Below, piece by piece: positions 21,789 to 32,582 of a DNA stretch of 64,000 nt. The notes below the pieces were generated by a model. That model ran no database searches and was not told the DNA's origin. It worked only from the letters and a program-made list of their open reading frames with translations. Both the position numbers and the translations under genes were made by a program. Positions within the stretch are counted from its first letter, which is position 1. Each line of letters begins with the position of its first letter. The DNA is from an uncultured Pseudomonadota bacterium (GTDB lineage Bacteria > Oederibacteriota > Muellerivitia > Muellerivitales > Muellerivitaceae): NCBI GenBank assembly GCA_963836235.1, contig CAWIIP010000004.1, positions 96,001-160,000 of the forward strand, written 5' to 3'.

Positions 21789-22919
21789 ATGAAAACAAAG
21801 TTTTCCAAAACCCCGGCCTGGGCCGAAATATCACTCGGCGCACTAAAACACAATTTTAGGGAACTGCAAAAACTTGCCGGGGGTTCGGAAATCCTGCCAA
21901 TGGTGAAAGCCAACGCTTACGGACATGGGTTGATTCCCATTTCGAAAGCCCTTATTCAAGCGGGTGCCAAGTTCCTGGGTGTGGCTTTTGTACAGGAAGG
22001 GGTTGCTTTGCGCAGAGCGGGAATCAAGACTCCCATTCTGGTGTTGACTCCCACTTTGACCGCTGAAATTCAGCTTCTTTTAAAAAACAAGCTTATTCCC
22101 CAGGTCAGCTCGAAAGAGGGAGCGAAAGAAATATCCAAAGCCGCGCGAAAGCTTCGGTTAGGCCCCATCGCGGTTCACGTCAAAATCGACACCGGCATGG
22201 CGCGGGTGGGGATTCAAGTGAGCCGGGTTGTCCGGGAAATCGAAGCTATACGCCGGGTACCGGGCATTCAAATCCAAGGAGTCTATACCCACTTGGCGAC
22301 AGCTGACTGGACCGACCCTCTTTACGCTTGGAAGCAGATTACTTTGTTCCGGCAGGCTTTGGAAAAAATTAACCGACAGGGAATGACCCCGGCCACCCAT
22401 GTGGCCAATAGCGCCGCTTTGATCACCTATTATCCCCAGTCGAAAGGAACCTGGGTGCGGCCGGGAATTGCCCTTTATGGCGTTTATCCCAACCCTAAGA
22501 TGAAAAACCGCATAAAATTGATCCCTGTCATGCAAGTCAAGACAAGGGTGATCCATACTAAGGCCCTGGAAAAAGGGGAATCAGTCAGTTACGGACGAAC
22601 CTACAAGGCGAAAAAGAAAATCAAGGTTGCTACCCTGGGAATGGGTTACGCGGACGGGCTTCTGCGTAGCTTGTCGAACAAGGGCCATTTCCTGATCATG
22701 GGCAAAAAGGTTCCGGTGATCGGCACGGTTTGCATGGATATGACCATGGTGGATGTTTCCAAGGTTCCAGGAGTAAAGGTGGGGGATGTGGCCACGTTCT
22801 TTGGCCAGGACGGAAAAGCTTTTATTTCCGTGGAAGAGCAGGCAGCCTGGGCCGGGACTATTTCTTATGAATTGCTTTGCGCGGTAGGGGAACGGGTACA
22901 ACGGATTTACCGGGAATAA
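21789..22919 (+). CDS. alr: Alanine racemase
   Basis: VKANAYGHG PLP-lysine motif, KIDTGM.RVG, GYADG, CMD. Confidence 0.96.
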   Translation: MKTKFSKTPAWAEISLGALKHNFRELQKLAGGSEILPMVKANAYGHGLIPISKALIQAGAKFLGVAFVQEGVALRRAGIKTPILVLTPTLTAEIQLLLKNKLIPQVSSKEGAKEISKAARKLRLGPIAVHVKIDTGMARVGIQVSRVVREIEAIRRVPGIQIQGVYTHLATADWTDPLYAWKQITLFRQALEKINRQGMTPATHVANSAALITYYPQSKGTWVRPGIALYGVYPNPKMKNRIKLIPVMQVKTRVIHTKALEKGESVSYGRTYKAKKKIKVATLGMGYADGLLRSLSNKGHFLIMGKKVPVIGTVCMDMTMVDVSKVPGVKVGDVATFFGQDGKAFISVEEQAAWAGTISYELLCAVGERVQRIYRE

Positions 22920-22924
22920 AGGCC

Positions 22925-23716
22925 ATGTACGTTAAGAATTTAATCGAAAGATTTGGTAAAACCCTCGCTTATTTCATCCATGACATGGGAGAAATGGTTT
23001 TTTTAACTTTACGAATCAACCAATGGATGTTCCGTAAGCCATTTGATGGCAAACTTATCCTCCAGCAAATGGTCAAAATCGGTGTGGAATCTATTCCTGT
23101 TGCTATCATTACGGCCCTCTTTACGGGAATGGTTCTGGCCCTCCAAGCGGGTTACACTCTCGAGACCAAGATTAAAGGCGTGTCCCAATTCCTGGGTTCG
23201 GTGGTTTCCCTGTCCCTCGTGCGGGAATTGGGGCCGGTTTTGACGGCCATGGTGATCGCGGGTCGAATGGGTTCGGCGGTGGCGGCCGAAATCGGCACGA
23301 TGCAAGTCACCGAACAGGTGGACGCTCTTTATACCCTGGCGGCCAATCCGGTAAAGTACCTGGCGGTTCCCCGGTTCCTGGCCTTTACCTTTATGCTCCC
23401 CCTGTTGACGATATTCGCCGACCTGGTGGGTTGGGGTGGGGGGCTTTTCGTGAGTTCCCTAAAATTCACTTCTTCTACTGTCTATATCGAAAGCACCCAG
23501 TCTTCCTTGGAAACCAACGACATTTTGGGAGGGCTTATCAAAGCCTTGTTTTTTGGAGCCATTATCGCGGTTGTTTCATGCCGTCAGGGTTTCGCCACCA
23601 CCAACGGGGCCGAGGGAGTGGGTAAAGCCACCACAAACGCCGTTGTTTTTTCTTTCATGCTCATTCTTATTTCCGATTACTTCTTAACGGCTCTATTGAC
23701 GGCTTTCAACATTTAA
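22925..23716 (+). CDS. mlaE: MlaE-family ABC permease
   Basis: RELGPVLTA, AEIGTMQVTEQVDAL, GAEGVGKATT. Confidence 0.93.
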   Translation: MYVKNLIERFGKTLAYFIHDMGEMVFLTLRINQWMFRKPFDGKLILQQMVKIGVESIPVAIITALFTGMVLALQAGYTLETKIKGVSQFLGSVVSLSLVRELGPVLTAMVIAGRMGSAVAAEIGTMQVTEQVDALYTLAANPVKYLAVPRFLAFTFMLPLLTIFADLVGWGGGLFVSSLKFTSSTVYIESTQSSLETNDILGGLIKALFFGAIIAVVSCRQGFATTNGAEGVGKATTNAVVFSFMLILISDYFLTALLTAFNI

Positions 23717-23725
23717 GGAATAGCC

Positions 23726-24493
23726 ATGGACAAGAACAAAAAACTGATCGAACTAAAAAATGTCACCAAGAGTTTTGGCGAGCGCAAGGTGCTCGACGGG
23801 GTTGATCTTGAAATTTTTCAGGGAGAAACCTTGGTTATTATCGGCCGTTCCGGAGTCGGCAAAAGCACCATCCTCAAGCATGTGGCCGGATTACTCGCTC
23901 CTGACGACGGGGAGATTTGGGTTGAAGGGTTGGAGATTGGACGATTGGATGAACGGGAGTTGAACGAACTTCGCAAAAAAATGGGAGTTGTTTTCCAATA
24001 CGCGGCGTTATTTGATTCCCTTACGGTTTTCGAAAATGTGGCCTTCCGGCTTTTACGGGACTTTGAAATGCCTGAACCGAAGGCTGTCGAGATAGTAAAG
24101 AAAAAGTTGGAATTGGTGGGATTGAAAGACGACCTGATGGACCTGAAACCCGCCCAATTATCCGGCGGCATGCGCAAAAGGGTAGGTTTGGCCCGGGCCA
24201 TCGCCGTCGATCCGGAAATCATTCTTTATGATGAGCCTACTTCAGGATTGGACCCGGTGACTTCTGAGGCCATCAACGACCTTATTTTGGACATGCAAAA
24301 AAAATTAGGTGTCACCTCAGTGGTAGTTACCCACGATATGCACAGTGCCTACAAAGTGGCGAACCGAATCGCCATGATATATGATGGAAAAATTATCGGA
24401 ACCGGGACACCGGAGGAGATCAAAAACAGTGAAAATCCCTATATTCATCAATTTGTAACGGGAAGCGTGGAAGGGCCAATGCCGGTTCGCTGA
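23726..24493 (+). CDS. mlaF: MlaF-family ABC ATPase
   Basis: GRSGVGKS, LSGGMRKRVGLARA, YDEPTSGLDP. Confidence 0.93.
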   Translation: MDKNKKLIELKNVTKSFGERKVLDGVDLEIFQGETLVIIGRSGVGKSTILKHVAGLLAPDDGEIWVEGLEIGRLDERELNELRKKMGVVFQYAALFDSLTVFENVAFRLLRDFEMPEPKAVEIVKKKLELVGLKDDLMDLKPAQLSGGMRKRVGLARAIAVDPEIILYDEPTSGLDPVTSEAINDLILDMQKKLGVTSVVVTHDMHSAYKVANRIAMIYDGKIIGTGTPEEIKNSENPYIHQFVTGSVEGPMPVR

Positions 24494-24532
24494 CGGGAAC
24501 CGGAGGTTTGAATTCTTAATGATCGGGGTTTT

Positions 24533-25390
24533 ATGAAGGCTAGCCTTGAATTTAAAGTGGGCTTGATGACCATCCTGGCTCTTTTGGTCTTGATGTTTTC
24601 CATTCTTTTTCTTTCGAATTTCCGCCTCGGTAGTGGCGGCCGGATTGTCACGGCCCAATTCAATTTCCTGGGGGATTTGAAGGTCAACGCGCCGGTACAA
24701 TACGCGGGCGGTATTCGGGTAGGAGTGGTCCAGGACATCCGAATAGGGAATAACAAAGCCCTCGTGGACATGCTCATCACGAATAAAGACCTTAAAATTA
24801 GGAAAGACTCCCAAATCGCCCTTTATAGCGCGGGTCTTTTGGGGTCCCGTTACGTCCAGATCGGCGCCGATTTAGGGACCGGCCCTGAACTTCAAAAAGG
24901 GGATGTTCTGGACGGTCAGGATTCCAATAATTTGGATCAAACTTTCGCGCAGTTGGGAGATGTGATGGAAGCCTTTGAGAAAATGATGGGAGATCCGAAA
25001 GCCAAGGAAAATTTCCTGCATTCTTTTGACAATATGAACAAAACAACGGACCAATTATTGGCCCTGACCATCGCTAGTCGGACTAAGATTGAGAAGATGA
25101 TCGATCAAATGTCCCAATCCAGCGACCAGGTGCCCGAGATAGTCGCCAGCGCCCAGAAGGTTTCCAAGAACTTGGAAAATCTGACGAACGCTTTGAACAA
25201 GCAACAAATCACCCAGTCCATGAAGAACTTGGATAATGCCCTGAAAGTCATGAACGAAGTGGCCGACGATATCCACGACGGAAAAGGTGCCGTGGGCGTT
25301 CTTTTGAAAGACCAGCAAATGGGGGATGATATTAAGTCTTTAGTGGAAGAATTAAAGGCTCATCCCTGGCGACTTTTATGGAAGAAATAA
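24533..25390 (+). CDS. mlaD: MlaD/MCE-domain protein
   Basis: N-terminal TM, MCE domain (GIRVGVV, GLLGSRYV), helical tail; operon context. Confidence 0.88.
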   Translation: MKASLEFKVGLMTILALLVLMFSILFLSNFRLGSGGRIVTAQFNFLGDLKVNAPVQYAGGIRVGVVQDIRIGNNKALVDMLITNKDLKIRKDSQIALYSAGLLGSRYVQIGADLGTGPELQKGDVLDGQDSNNLDQTFAQLGDVMEAFEKMMGDPKAKENFLHSFDNMNKTTDQLLALTIASRTKIEKMIDQMSQSSDQVPEIVASAQKVSKNLENLTNALNKQQITQSMKNLDNALKVMNEVADDIHDGKGAVGVLLKDQQMGDDIKSLVEELKAHPWRLLWKK

Positions 25391-25411
25391 AAAAATATAC
25401 GGAGTTGGAAT

Positions 25412-26767
25412 TTGAGAAAAAAACGGATTTGGTTTCTTTGCTTGGCTTTTTTAACCGTGGGGGGAGCCTTCCAAGGTGTCAACGCGGATGAGGGTTCGGC
25501 TGATGCTTCTTCCGTGGCGGCCACCCCTACTCAAACCGATTCCATGGGTGGTGTGAAAATGGGGTCTGGCAAGGGTGGGATTCTTCAGGATAATTCCCAG
25601 ATTGGCCCGATGGAAGTTTGGGACGTGGATATGGGAATGGCTATGCCTTTCCCCATGGCCCACATGCCCATGAGCATGCTGATGCTGCACGGCTATGGTT
25701 TCTTCGAGGCTATCGCCGAGGAAGGGGTAGCCAGGGGTGGAGCGGGTTTTTCCGCTCCCAATATGTTCATGGCGGATTTGGGAACCTCAGTCGGGGCCGT
25801 CCAATATGTCAACTTAGACCTGATGTTGACCAGCGATCTTTGGACGGTGCCGAAAAATGGAACTCTCCAGCTTTTTCAAATCGGTGAAACCCACGCGGAC
25901 GGGACACCTTTCATCGACGCGCAACATCCCCATAGCTCGCCGATCATGGGACTTACTTTGAGCGATACCATCGTACTAGACCAGGCGGATAAAAGTGACC
26001 TTAAGCTGTTCGTGGCGCCCCGGGGGGAATCCACCGATGGGCCCATCGCCTATATGCACCGGATTACCGGAATGGTCAACCCGGATACACCGCTGGGGCA
26101 TCATATTGGCCAGGACGTAGGGCACATCTCCAGTACGGTTATCGGAGAGTCTTTAAAACTTGGAGGCTTTCATATCGAAGCTTCCACCTTTAATGGCATG
26201 GAGCCCGATCCCACTCAAGTGGACTTACCCATCCGCACACCCGATTCCTATGCTTGCCGCCTTATCCAGGAATTTTCACCCAATGTCATGCTCATGGCTT
26301 CCTATGCCTATGTGAATAACCCCGAGCCAGGAATCGCTAATGACAACCGTTATTCGGCGTCTTTTTATACCCATGTTCCGCTTTCAGAAGCCTGGACATG
26401 GCATAACACTCTCATTTATGGGGGTATCACCAACATTGACTATGCGAGTTTCCTAAATTCGACTTTGGAGGAATTTGCCCTTGTTAGTGAGAAAATGGCT
26501 GTTTATGGACGGGTTGAGGTCCTTCAAAGAACACCTAACCAATTAGGAATCCCCGGACTTCCGGACCCTAACTCTGGTCGTTGGGTTACCGCTATTTCCT
26601 TTGGCTATAGCCATCAGGTTGTGGCCTGGGACGGATGGGAACTGAGGGCGGGCGCGGAAGTGAGTAATGACCGAACCCCGGCGGAATATTCGCTTACCTA
26701 CGCTGGAGACCCCTTGAGCTATAAGTTTTTCTTTGAGTTGGGCGGGTCGCAAATGTATGGTTTGTAA
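25412..26767 (+). CDS. Hypothetical secreted Met/His-rich probable outer-membrane protein
   Basis: Signal peptide, Met-rich N-terminus, QHPH and LGHH..D..H motifs, beta-strand-like C-terminal half. Confidence 0.55.
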   Translation: MRKKRIWFLCLAFLTVGGAFQGVNADEGSADASSVAATPTQTDSMGGVKMGSGKGGILQDNSQIGPMEVWDVDMGMAMPFPMAHMPMSMLMLHGYGFFEAIAEEGVARGGAGFSAPNMFMADLGTSVGAVQYVNLDLMLTSDLWTVPKNGTLQLFQIGETHADGTPFIDAQHPHSSPIMGLTLSDTIVLDQADKSDLKLFVAPRGESTDGPIAYMHRITGMVNPDTPLGHHIGQDVGHISSTVIGESLKLGGFHIEASTFNGMEPDPTQVDLPIRTPDSYACRLIQEFSPNVMLMASYAYVNNPEPGIANDNRYSASFYTHVPLSEAWTWHNTLIYGGITNIDYASFLNSTLEEFALVSEKMAVYGRVEVLQRTPNQLGIPGLPDPNSGRWVTAISFGYSHQVVAWDGWELRAGAEVSNDRTPAEYSLTYAGDPLSYKFFFELGGSQMYGL

Positions 26768-26838
26768 GAAGGGGCCATTTTAGAATTGGTTTAATTGGGA
26801 TAAGTTGGGTTGTTGGAAGACGGGAAAAAGTTCAAGGA

Positions 26839-27585
26839 GTGAATAAAATGAAAAACGCTTTTAGGTTTTTATTGGGATTGACCCTGGCGCTGGCCGTCGG
26901 TCTGGCCAGGGCGACGGGAAATTTTGAGGGCGAAGTTGACATGAAAATGACCCACACCGGTTCGGATAAGACCATGACGATGCAGTATTTTGTTAAAGGC
27001 CACAAGATGCGCACCCAGATGGAAGGCAAAGAAGGAATGTCCGGCGGGGGTATTTTTGATTGGCAAAGTCACGAAATGATCATCCTGATGGACAAGCAAA
27101 AAATGTATATGGTGAGCCAGCTTGATCCGGCGAAAATGGCTTATGGCAAGGACCACCATTTTAAAATCACCAAAACTGGGGAAACCCTGGATATCCTGGG
27201 CTATACCTGCCGGGAATATGACTACACGTCCGATAACGGCAGCGGTAAGGTCTGGTTGGCTTCCGGCATTGGCAGCTGGTGGGGAACCGAAATGGCTGCG
27301 CAAGCCAATAAACTTCCTCCTGATCAAAGGGCACTGGTGAACATGGTAGAAGCCCAGAAGCTTTTTCCCATGAAGAGTGAGACGATGGATCAATCGGGAA
27401 ATGCCAAAAGCGAAATGGAAGTGACGAAGGTGGAGGAAAAATCACTGAGCTCCAGTTTTTTTGAAGTACCAGATGGCTACAAGAAATTAGATATGGGAGC
27501 GATGATGAATCAAACGTCGGGGGGCTCTAATCCATCCGGCAACGGCGATCCCTTAAGCGGGGTGAAGCCAAAACTTCCATTTTAA
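26839..27585 (+). CDS. DUF4412-like secreted protein
   Basis: Signal peptide; FEG.V.M, KTGET..ILGY.C.EY, FEVPDGY motifs. Confidence 0.7.
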   Translation: MNKMKNAFRFLLGLTLALAVGLARATGNFEGEVDMKMTHTGSDKTMTMQYFVKGHKMRTQMEGKEGMSGGGIFDWQSHEMIILMDKQKMYMVSQLDPAKMAYGKDHHFKITKTGETLDILGYTCREYDYTSDNGSGKVWLASGIGSWWGTEMAAQANKLPPDQRALVNMVEAQKLFPMKSETMDQSGNAKSEMEVTKVEEKSLSSSFFEVPDGYKKLDMGAMMNQTSGGSNPSGNGDPLSGVKPKLPF

Positions 27586-27609
27586 CCGGAAAAATGATAA
27601 TGCTCATCG

Positions 27610-27634
27610 GGGCCCCTAGATCGGGGCCCTTTTT
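27610..27634 (+). terminator. Intrinsic terminator
   Basis: GGGCCCC-TAGATC-GGGGCCC-TTTTT. Confidence 0.8.
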
Positions 27635-27636
27635 AT

Positions 27637-27666
27637 TTGAAACAAGAAGGTATACACCTGTATAAT
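27637..27666 (+). promoter_or_regulatory. Sigma70-like promoter overlapped by candidate SOS operator (radA operon)
   Basis: TTGAAA-18-TATAAT with AAGGTATAC-ACCT-GTATAA across the spacer and -10. Confidence 0.6.
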
Positions 27667-27698
27667 TGAGGCGCAATCGATCATCGGGGAGACTTGGA

Positions 27699-28340
27699 AT
27701 GACTCGAAAAACCGACTTTTCATTTTTCACGAGAAATGCGGCTTGGCTTGTGTTTGTTCTTTTACTGCTTCCGCTAGGTTTGAACGCAGCGGAGGTCATG
27801 ACGAATGACGGCCAAAAATTCGATGGAAAGATTCTTGAAGAACAAACCGATTTCATACTTATGGAAATCGAGAACGGTGTCCATGTACGAATTGAGAAGT
27901 CCGAGATCGTTTATATCCAAAGGGAAGATTCTAAAAAATTGATAAATGAATACCCCGTTTTGGGAGTAACTTACGGCACTCCTAGTGTTGTTAATTTAGT
28001 GGCGGGCTATTATTTGGCCGATTTTGGATTGAAATTGACGGGAGCTTATTGGGCCGGCATACGGGGTGTCCAGGCCGATTTATCGTACAAAATCGTGGAC
28101 CACCCGTCTTTTATGGCCGACCTTTCATTGGTGGGGGGAGCCATGCAAACTAGCGGGGCCACCAACGGTTTTTCCCTCTGGAGTTCGGGCGCCTGGGGCG
28201 GCTCAAACTGGACCTATTACGGTCTTGGCTTCGACATTAATTATGGCGGTTTTGTCTTTGAAACGGACATGGTGAAAGGCCCTTTTCCCAATCCCATCGC
28301 CATTCCTATCCAAATTGGGTTTGTTCAAAGATTTAATTGA
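27699..28340 (+). CDS. Hypothetical secreted/outer-membrane protein
   Basis: Signal peptide, beta-rich; directly upstream of radA. Confidence 0.6.
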   Translation: MTRKTDFSFFTRNAAWLVFVLLLLPLGLNAAEVMTNDGQKFDGKILEEQTDFILMEIENGVHVRIEKSEIVYIQREDSKKLINEYPVLGVTYGTPSVVNLVAGYYLADFGLKLTGAYWAGIRGVQADLSYKIVDHPSFMADLSLVGGAMQTSGATNGFSLWSSGAWGGSNWTYYGLGFDINYGGFVFETDMVKGPFPNPIAIPIQIGFVQRFN

Positions 28341-28348
28341 GGCGCGTT

Positions 28349-29743
28349 ATGGCAAAAACTAAAACTCAATTTGCCTGCCAAAACTGCGGGACTAAAAGCC
28401 CCAAGTGGCAGGGGAAATGCAATGCTTGCGGCGAATGGAATAGCTTCGTTGAGGAAATCATGGATTCGGGAAGATCGCAAGAGCGTGGGCGCAAGCTTTC
28501 CAAGCCCTCTGAAACCGCGGTGCCGGTGCCCTTGGATGAAATTGATATCGACGAAGGCTATCGCCTTAAGACCCAGATCAACGAATTCGACAGGGTTTTG
28601 GGCGGGGGGATTGTGCCGGGGGAAACGGTCATGATCGGCGGTGATCCGGGGATTGGCAAATCCACCCTGCTTTTGCAGGTGGTGGACCGGTTGGCGAGGC
28701 TTCAGAAAGAAGGGCAGGGCAAATGCCTTTATGTGACGGGTGAGGAATCGGCCCAACAGATCAAGCTCCGTGCCGAGAGGCTAGGAATCCGTTCCAACAA
28801 TCTCTATATCTTCCCGGAGACGGATGTTTTCGCCATTCTGGATCAGATTGAAAAGACCAGGCCGATACTCACCGTGATTGACTCGATTCAAACCTTGTTC
28901 CTGGCCGATATCGCCTCGGCGCCGGGCAGCGTCTCCCAGGTGAGGGAGTCGGCAGCGCGGTTGACTTACTTGGCGAAACGGGAAAAATTGCCCATGTTCC
29001 TCATCGGCCACGTCACTAAAGAAGGAAGCATTGCCGGACCCATGGTGTTGGAACACATGGTGGACGCGGTGCTTTATTTCGAGGGCGATATCCAAAGACA
29101 TTACCGGCTTTTACGGGCTGTCAAAAACCGCTTTGGCAGCACCCAGGAGATTGGTATTTTCGATATGCGGGAGGATGGATTGGCCGAAGTGGCGGACGCC
29201 TCCAAGGCTTTCCTGGACGCGCATTTCGTCCATAGTTCGGGTTCGGTCATTACGGCCAGCTTGGAAGGCACCCGGCCGCTTCTTTTGGAAGTCCAATCCC
29301 TAGTGAGTCCCACTAATTTTGGAATGCCCCAGCGCCGTTCGAGCGGGATTGATCCTAACCGGCTGGCTTTGATTTTGGCCATCCTTGAAAAAAGATTGGG
29401 CATGGCCATCTCCTCACAAGATGTTTTTCTCAATATCGCGGGCGGCATTAAGGTGGTGGAGCCATCGATCGACTTGAGCGTTGCCGTAGCCGTTGCTTCT
29501 TCTTTTAGGGAAGTACCGGTCGGCGCCGATACCCTGGTGTTGGGGGAATTGGGCTTGTCCGGCGAAGTGAGAGCGGTTTCCCAAATCGGCCCCCGGTTGG
29601 CCGAAGCGGCGCGTTTGGGTTTTAAACAGGCTGTTGTTCCCCACGGCAACTTGAAAGCAGTTTCCCTTTTGCCTGACGCGCCCATGGAAGTCTTAGGGGT
29701 GAAAACCCTGGCGGAAGCCATCGGTCTATTAGTCACTCGTTAA
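28349..29743 (+). CDS. radA: DNA repair protein RadA/Sms
   Basis: C4 zinc finger, GDPGIGKSTLLLQ, KNRFG motif. Confidence 0.97.
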   Translation: MAKTKTQFACQNCGTKSPKWQGKCNACGEWNSFVEEIMDSGRSQERGRKLSKPSETAVPVPLDEIDIDEGYRLKTQINEFDRVLGGGIVPGETVMIGGDPGIGKSTLLLQVVDRLARLQKEGQGKCLYVTGEESAQQIKLRAERLGIRSNNLYIFPETDVFAILDQIEKTRPILTVIDSIQTLFLADIASAPGSVSQVRESAARLTYLAKREKLPMFLIGHVTKEGSIAGPMVLEHMVDAVLYFEGDIQRHYRLLRAVKNRFGSTQEIGIFDMREDGLAEVADASKAFLDAHFVHSSGSVITASLEGTRPLLLEVQSLVSPTNFGMPQRRSSGIDPNRLALILAILEKRLGMAISSQDVFLNIAGGIKVVEPSIDLSVAVAVASSFREVPVGADTLVLGELGLSGEVRAVSQIGPRLAEAARLGFKQAVVPHGNLKAVSLLPDAPMEVLGVKTLAEAIGLLVTR

Positions 29744-29827
29744 AAAGGCCCATCTTCATTGAACCCATTGGGGATCAATGACTTTGCGGTGAAAATTGGG
29801 TTTTTATTTGTTAGACTGTCCGCCCTT

Positions 29828-30553
29828 ATGACAAAAGCCAAACACAAGAAAACACAACCTTGGGCAGCCATGATTGTCGCGGCCGGCCAATCCAAACGCC
29901 TCAAAAGCCAAGTGCCTAAGCCTTTCCTTTACGTCGATACTCGCCGAACGATGCTGGATATGTGCTTGGAATCCTTTGCGCAAGTTCCTGGATTAGCCTA
30001 CGTGATTATCGTGACCCGTTCGGAATTTTTAGAACAGGCCATCCAAGCCATTTATCGTTGGAAGCTCGCCGGAATCGTGACCAAAGGCGGCGCAGAACGG
30101 GAAGACTCGGTTCAGCGAGGATTAGAAGTGGTGCCACCCGGCGTCCGGCATATCCTTATCCATGATGCCGCCAGGCCTTTAGTTAGCCCTGGCCTCATTC
30201 ACCGAGTATTGGAAGGGGCGATAAATTCTGGAGCGGTAATTCCGGTCATTCCGGTGAAAGATACCTTGAAAGTGGTGGATAAAGGCCAGGTTGTAAAAAC
30301 CTTAGATCGAACCAAGATCGGGGCGGTCCAAACACCCCAAGGGTTCAAACTGGCGGTCTTACAAAAAGCTTTTAAGAAAATTGGGAAGAAAGCCTCGCGG
30401 TTGACGGATGACGCCGCCGTAGTGGAAGCCGCCGGCCTAAAGGTGCGAGTGGTGGAAGGCGATCTTTTGAATTTTAAAGTGACGACCCCCGACGATCTTC
30501 GGCATGTCAAAGACCTGGTTTGGTGGGAAAAGAGCCGGGAATACCAGCATTAA
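29828..30553 (+). CDS. ispD: 2-C-methyl-D-erythritol 4-phosphate cytidylyltransferase
   Basis: AAGQSKR, GG.ER.DSV, IHDAARP, QTPQ.F, TDDA, K.TTP.D. Confidence 0.93.
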   Translation: MTKAKHKKTQPWAAMIVAAGQSKRLKSQVPKPFLYVDTRRTMLDMCLESFAQVPGLAYVIIVTRSEFLEQAIQAIYRWKLAGIVTKGGAEREDSVQRGLEVVPPGVRHILIHDAARPLVSPGLIHRVLEGAINSGAVIPVIPVKDTLKVVDKGQVVKTLDRTKIGAVQTPQGFKLAVLQKAFKKIGKKASRLTDDAAVVEAAGLKVRVVEGDLLNFKVTTPDDLRHVKDLVWWEKSREYQH

Positions 30554-30632
30554 CCGCAATTATCAGTTGGCAGTCGTCGGCAGTCGGCATCTCCTAGCGA
30601 TTCCGCGGTAGAAATTAATTTCAGGAGTTATT

Positions 30633-31112
30633 TTGGATTATAGGGTTGGTATTGGATATGACGCTCATCGGTTTATAGAAGGGCGGTCCCTCGTCCTGGG
30701 TGGCGTGACGGTACCCCATGACAAAGGCTTACTGGGTCATTCGGACGCGGATGCCCTTTGCCACGCGGTTTCGGACGCCATCCTAGGGGCGGCGGCTTTG
30801 GGGGACATGGGACAGTATTTTCCCGATAGCGATCCCAAATGGAAAGGCGCCGACAGTTTGGCCATGCTCAAGGAATGCGCCCGCATGGCCAAAGCCAAGG
30901 GTTGGAAGGTTTGTAACGTGGACGCCACCATCGTTTGCCAGAAACCCAAATTATCGAATTACCTCGTTTCGATGTCGCAAATGATCGAACAAACATTGGA
31001 AGTAAGTTCGGACAAGGTGAACGTGAAGGCCAAAACCACCGAAAGCATGGGATTCGAAGGCAGGGAAGAGGGCCTTTCGGTCCAGGCCGTCGTATTACTC
31101 CAAAGGGAATAA
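30633..31112 (+). CDS. ispF: 2-C-methyl-D-erythritol 2,4-cyclodiphosphate synthase
   Basis: G.GYD.H, GHSDAD, VKAKTTE..GF. Confidence 0.96.
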   Translation: MDYRVGIGYDAHRFIEGRSLVLGGVTVPHDKGLLGHSDADALCHAVSDAILGAAALGDMGQYFPDSDPKWKGADSLAMLKECARMAKAKGWKVCNVDATIVCQKPKLSNYLVSMSQMIEQTLEVSSDKVNVKAKTTESMGFEGREEGLSVQAVVLLQRE

Positions 31113-31116
31113 AAGT

Positions 31117-32574
31117 ATGACAGAACAAGTAAGAGTCAGGTTCGCCCCCAGTCCTACCGGTGACCTTCATTTGGGCAATGTGCGCACGGCGCTTTATAAC
31201 TGGTTTTATGCCCGACATACGAAAGGCGTGTTGATCCTGCGGGTGGAAGATACGGACAAAGTTCGGTCCACGGAAGAATATTGCGAAGAGTTGATGGATA
31301 TCATGACTTGGCTGGGCCTGAAGTGGGATGAAGGACCAAGAGTGGGTGGACCTTATGGGCCCTACAAGCAATCCGAGCGGACCGCCATTTATGAGGAACA
31401 CCTGGAAAAGCTGAAGACCCAAAATATGGTTTATCCCTGCTATTGCAGCGAGGAAGAACTGGAACTGGAACGTAAACGCCAATTAGGCCGGGGGCAAATG
31501 CCTAAATACGGAGGTAAGTGTAAGAAACTCACGCCGGAAGAACGGAAGAAGTTAGATTCGGAGGGTAAAACTTCGGTCTTGCGTTTCAGCGTTCCGCCGG
31601 GGGAAATATTGGTGCAGGACGAGGTTCGGGGTGAAGTCCGGTTTCCGGATGATCAATTGGGGGATTTCGTGCTGACCCGCTCGGATAAAAGCCCCACTTA
31701 CAACTTTACGGTGGTCGTCGATGATGCCTTAATGAAGGTCACCCACGTTATCCGTGGGGAAGATCATTTATCCAATACTCCAAAGCAAATCCTTTTATAT
31801 AACGCGCTTGGTTATCAGCCGCCCAAGTTTGCCCATCTCTCGATTATCAAGGGGGCGGATGGCCAGAAGCTTTCTAAGCGGCACGGGGAAACCAGCGTGG
31901 AAAGCTACAAAGCCAAGGGCTATTTGCCCGAAGCCTTCTTGAATTATCTGGCTCTTTTAGGTTGGGCGCCGAAAAGCGGCGAGATCCTTTCATTGGATCA
32001 AATGGCTGCGGAATTCGACCTAACCCACATGGGCAAAAGTGGGGCTATTTTTGACCCCATAAAACTTCATTGGATGGGCCAGCAGTATGTTGCCAAGATG
32101 TCCCTGGAGGACTTGACCCGGGCTCTTTTGCCCTATCTCGAAAATTCCCAATATATAACCCGGGAACAGGCCCGGATGAAATTTGATTGGCTTAAGGGCG
32201 TGGTTGATACGGTTCGGACCAGCCTGGGGTGCTTTTCGGATATCGTGAAAGAAACTTTTTATTTTTTCTCGGACGAGTTGAGCTTTAGTCCCGATCAAAC
32301 CGAAGAAATGAAGGAACAAAAAAATCTGTTGGAAGCCTTTGAAAAGGCCTTTGCCCAAATTAGCGAGTTCAATGGTGATAGTTTCTTGAAGGCGGTGAAG
32401 GATGTTGGGAAACAGATGAACCTGAAAGGTAAGGCTCTTTATCATCCCTTGCGACTGGCCATGACGGGACGGGAAGATGGCCCGGAATTGGTGAAGGTTG
32501 CCCCTTTGTTGGGACAAAATAAAGTGGTTGAACGGCTGACGCTCTGGACGACGGAACCGACTAAAAAAGGTTAA
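31117..32574 (+). CDS. gltX: Glutamate--tRNA ligase
   Basis: RFAPSPTG.LH.G, KLSKRHG. Confidence 0.96.
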   Translation: MTEQVRVRFAPSPTGDLHLGNVRTALYNWFYARHTKGVLILRVEDTDKVRSTEEYCEELMDIMTWLGLKWDEGPRVGGPYGPYKQSERTAIYEEHLEKLKTQNMVYPCYCSEEELELERKRQLGRGQMPKYGGKCKKLTPEERKKLDSEGKTSVLRFSVPPGEILVQDEVRGEVRFPDDQLGDFVLTRSDKSPTYNFTVVVDDALMKVTHVIRGEDHLSNTPKQILLYNALGYQPPKFAHLSIIKGADGQKLSKRHGETSVESYKAKGYLPEAFLNYLALLGWAPKSGEILSLDQMAAEFDLTHMGKSGAIFDPIKLHWMGQQYVAKMSLEDLTRALLPYLENSQYITREQARMKFDWLKGVVDTVRTSLGCFSDIVKETFYFFSDELSFSPDQTEEMKEQKNLLEAFEKAFAQISEFNGDSFLKAVKDVGKQMNLKGKALYHPLRLAMTGREDGPELVKVAPLLGQNKVVERLTLWTTEPTKKG

Positions 32575-32582
32575 TTAAAACG

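Noticed and set aside
25270-25300. TCCACGACGG in mlaD as a repeat copy
   Set aside because: Coding sequence (DIHDGKG) with no GGGGACCC core; likely chance.
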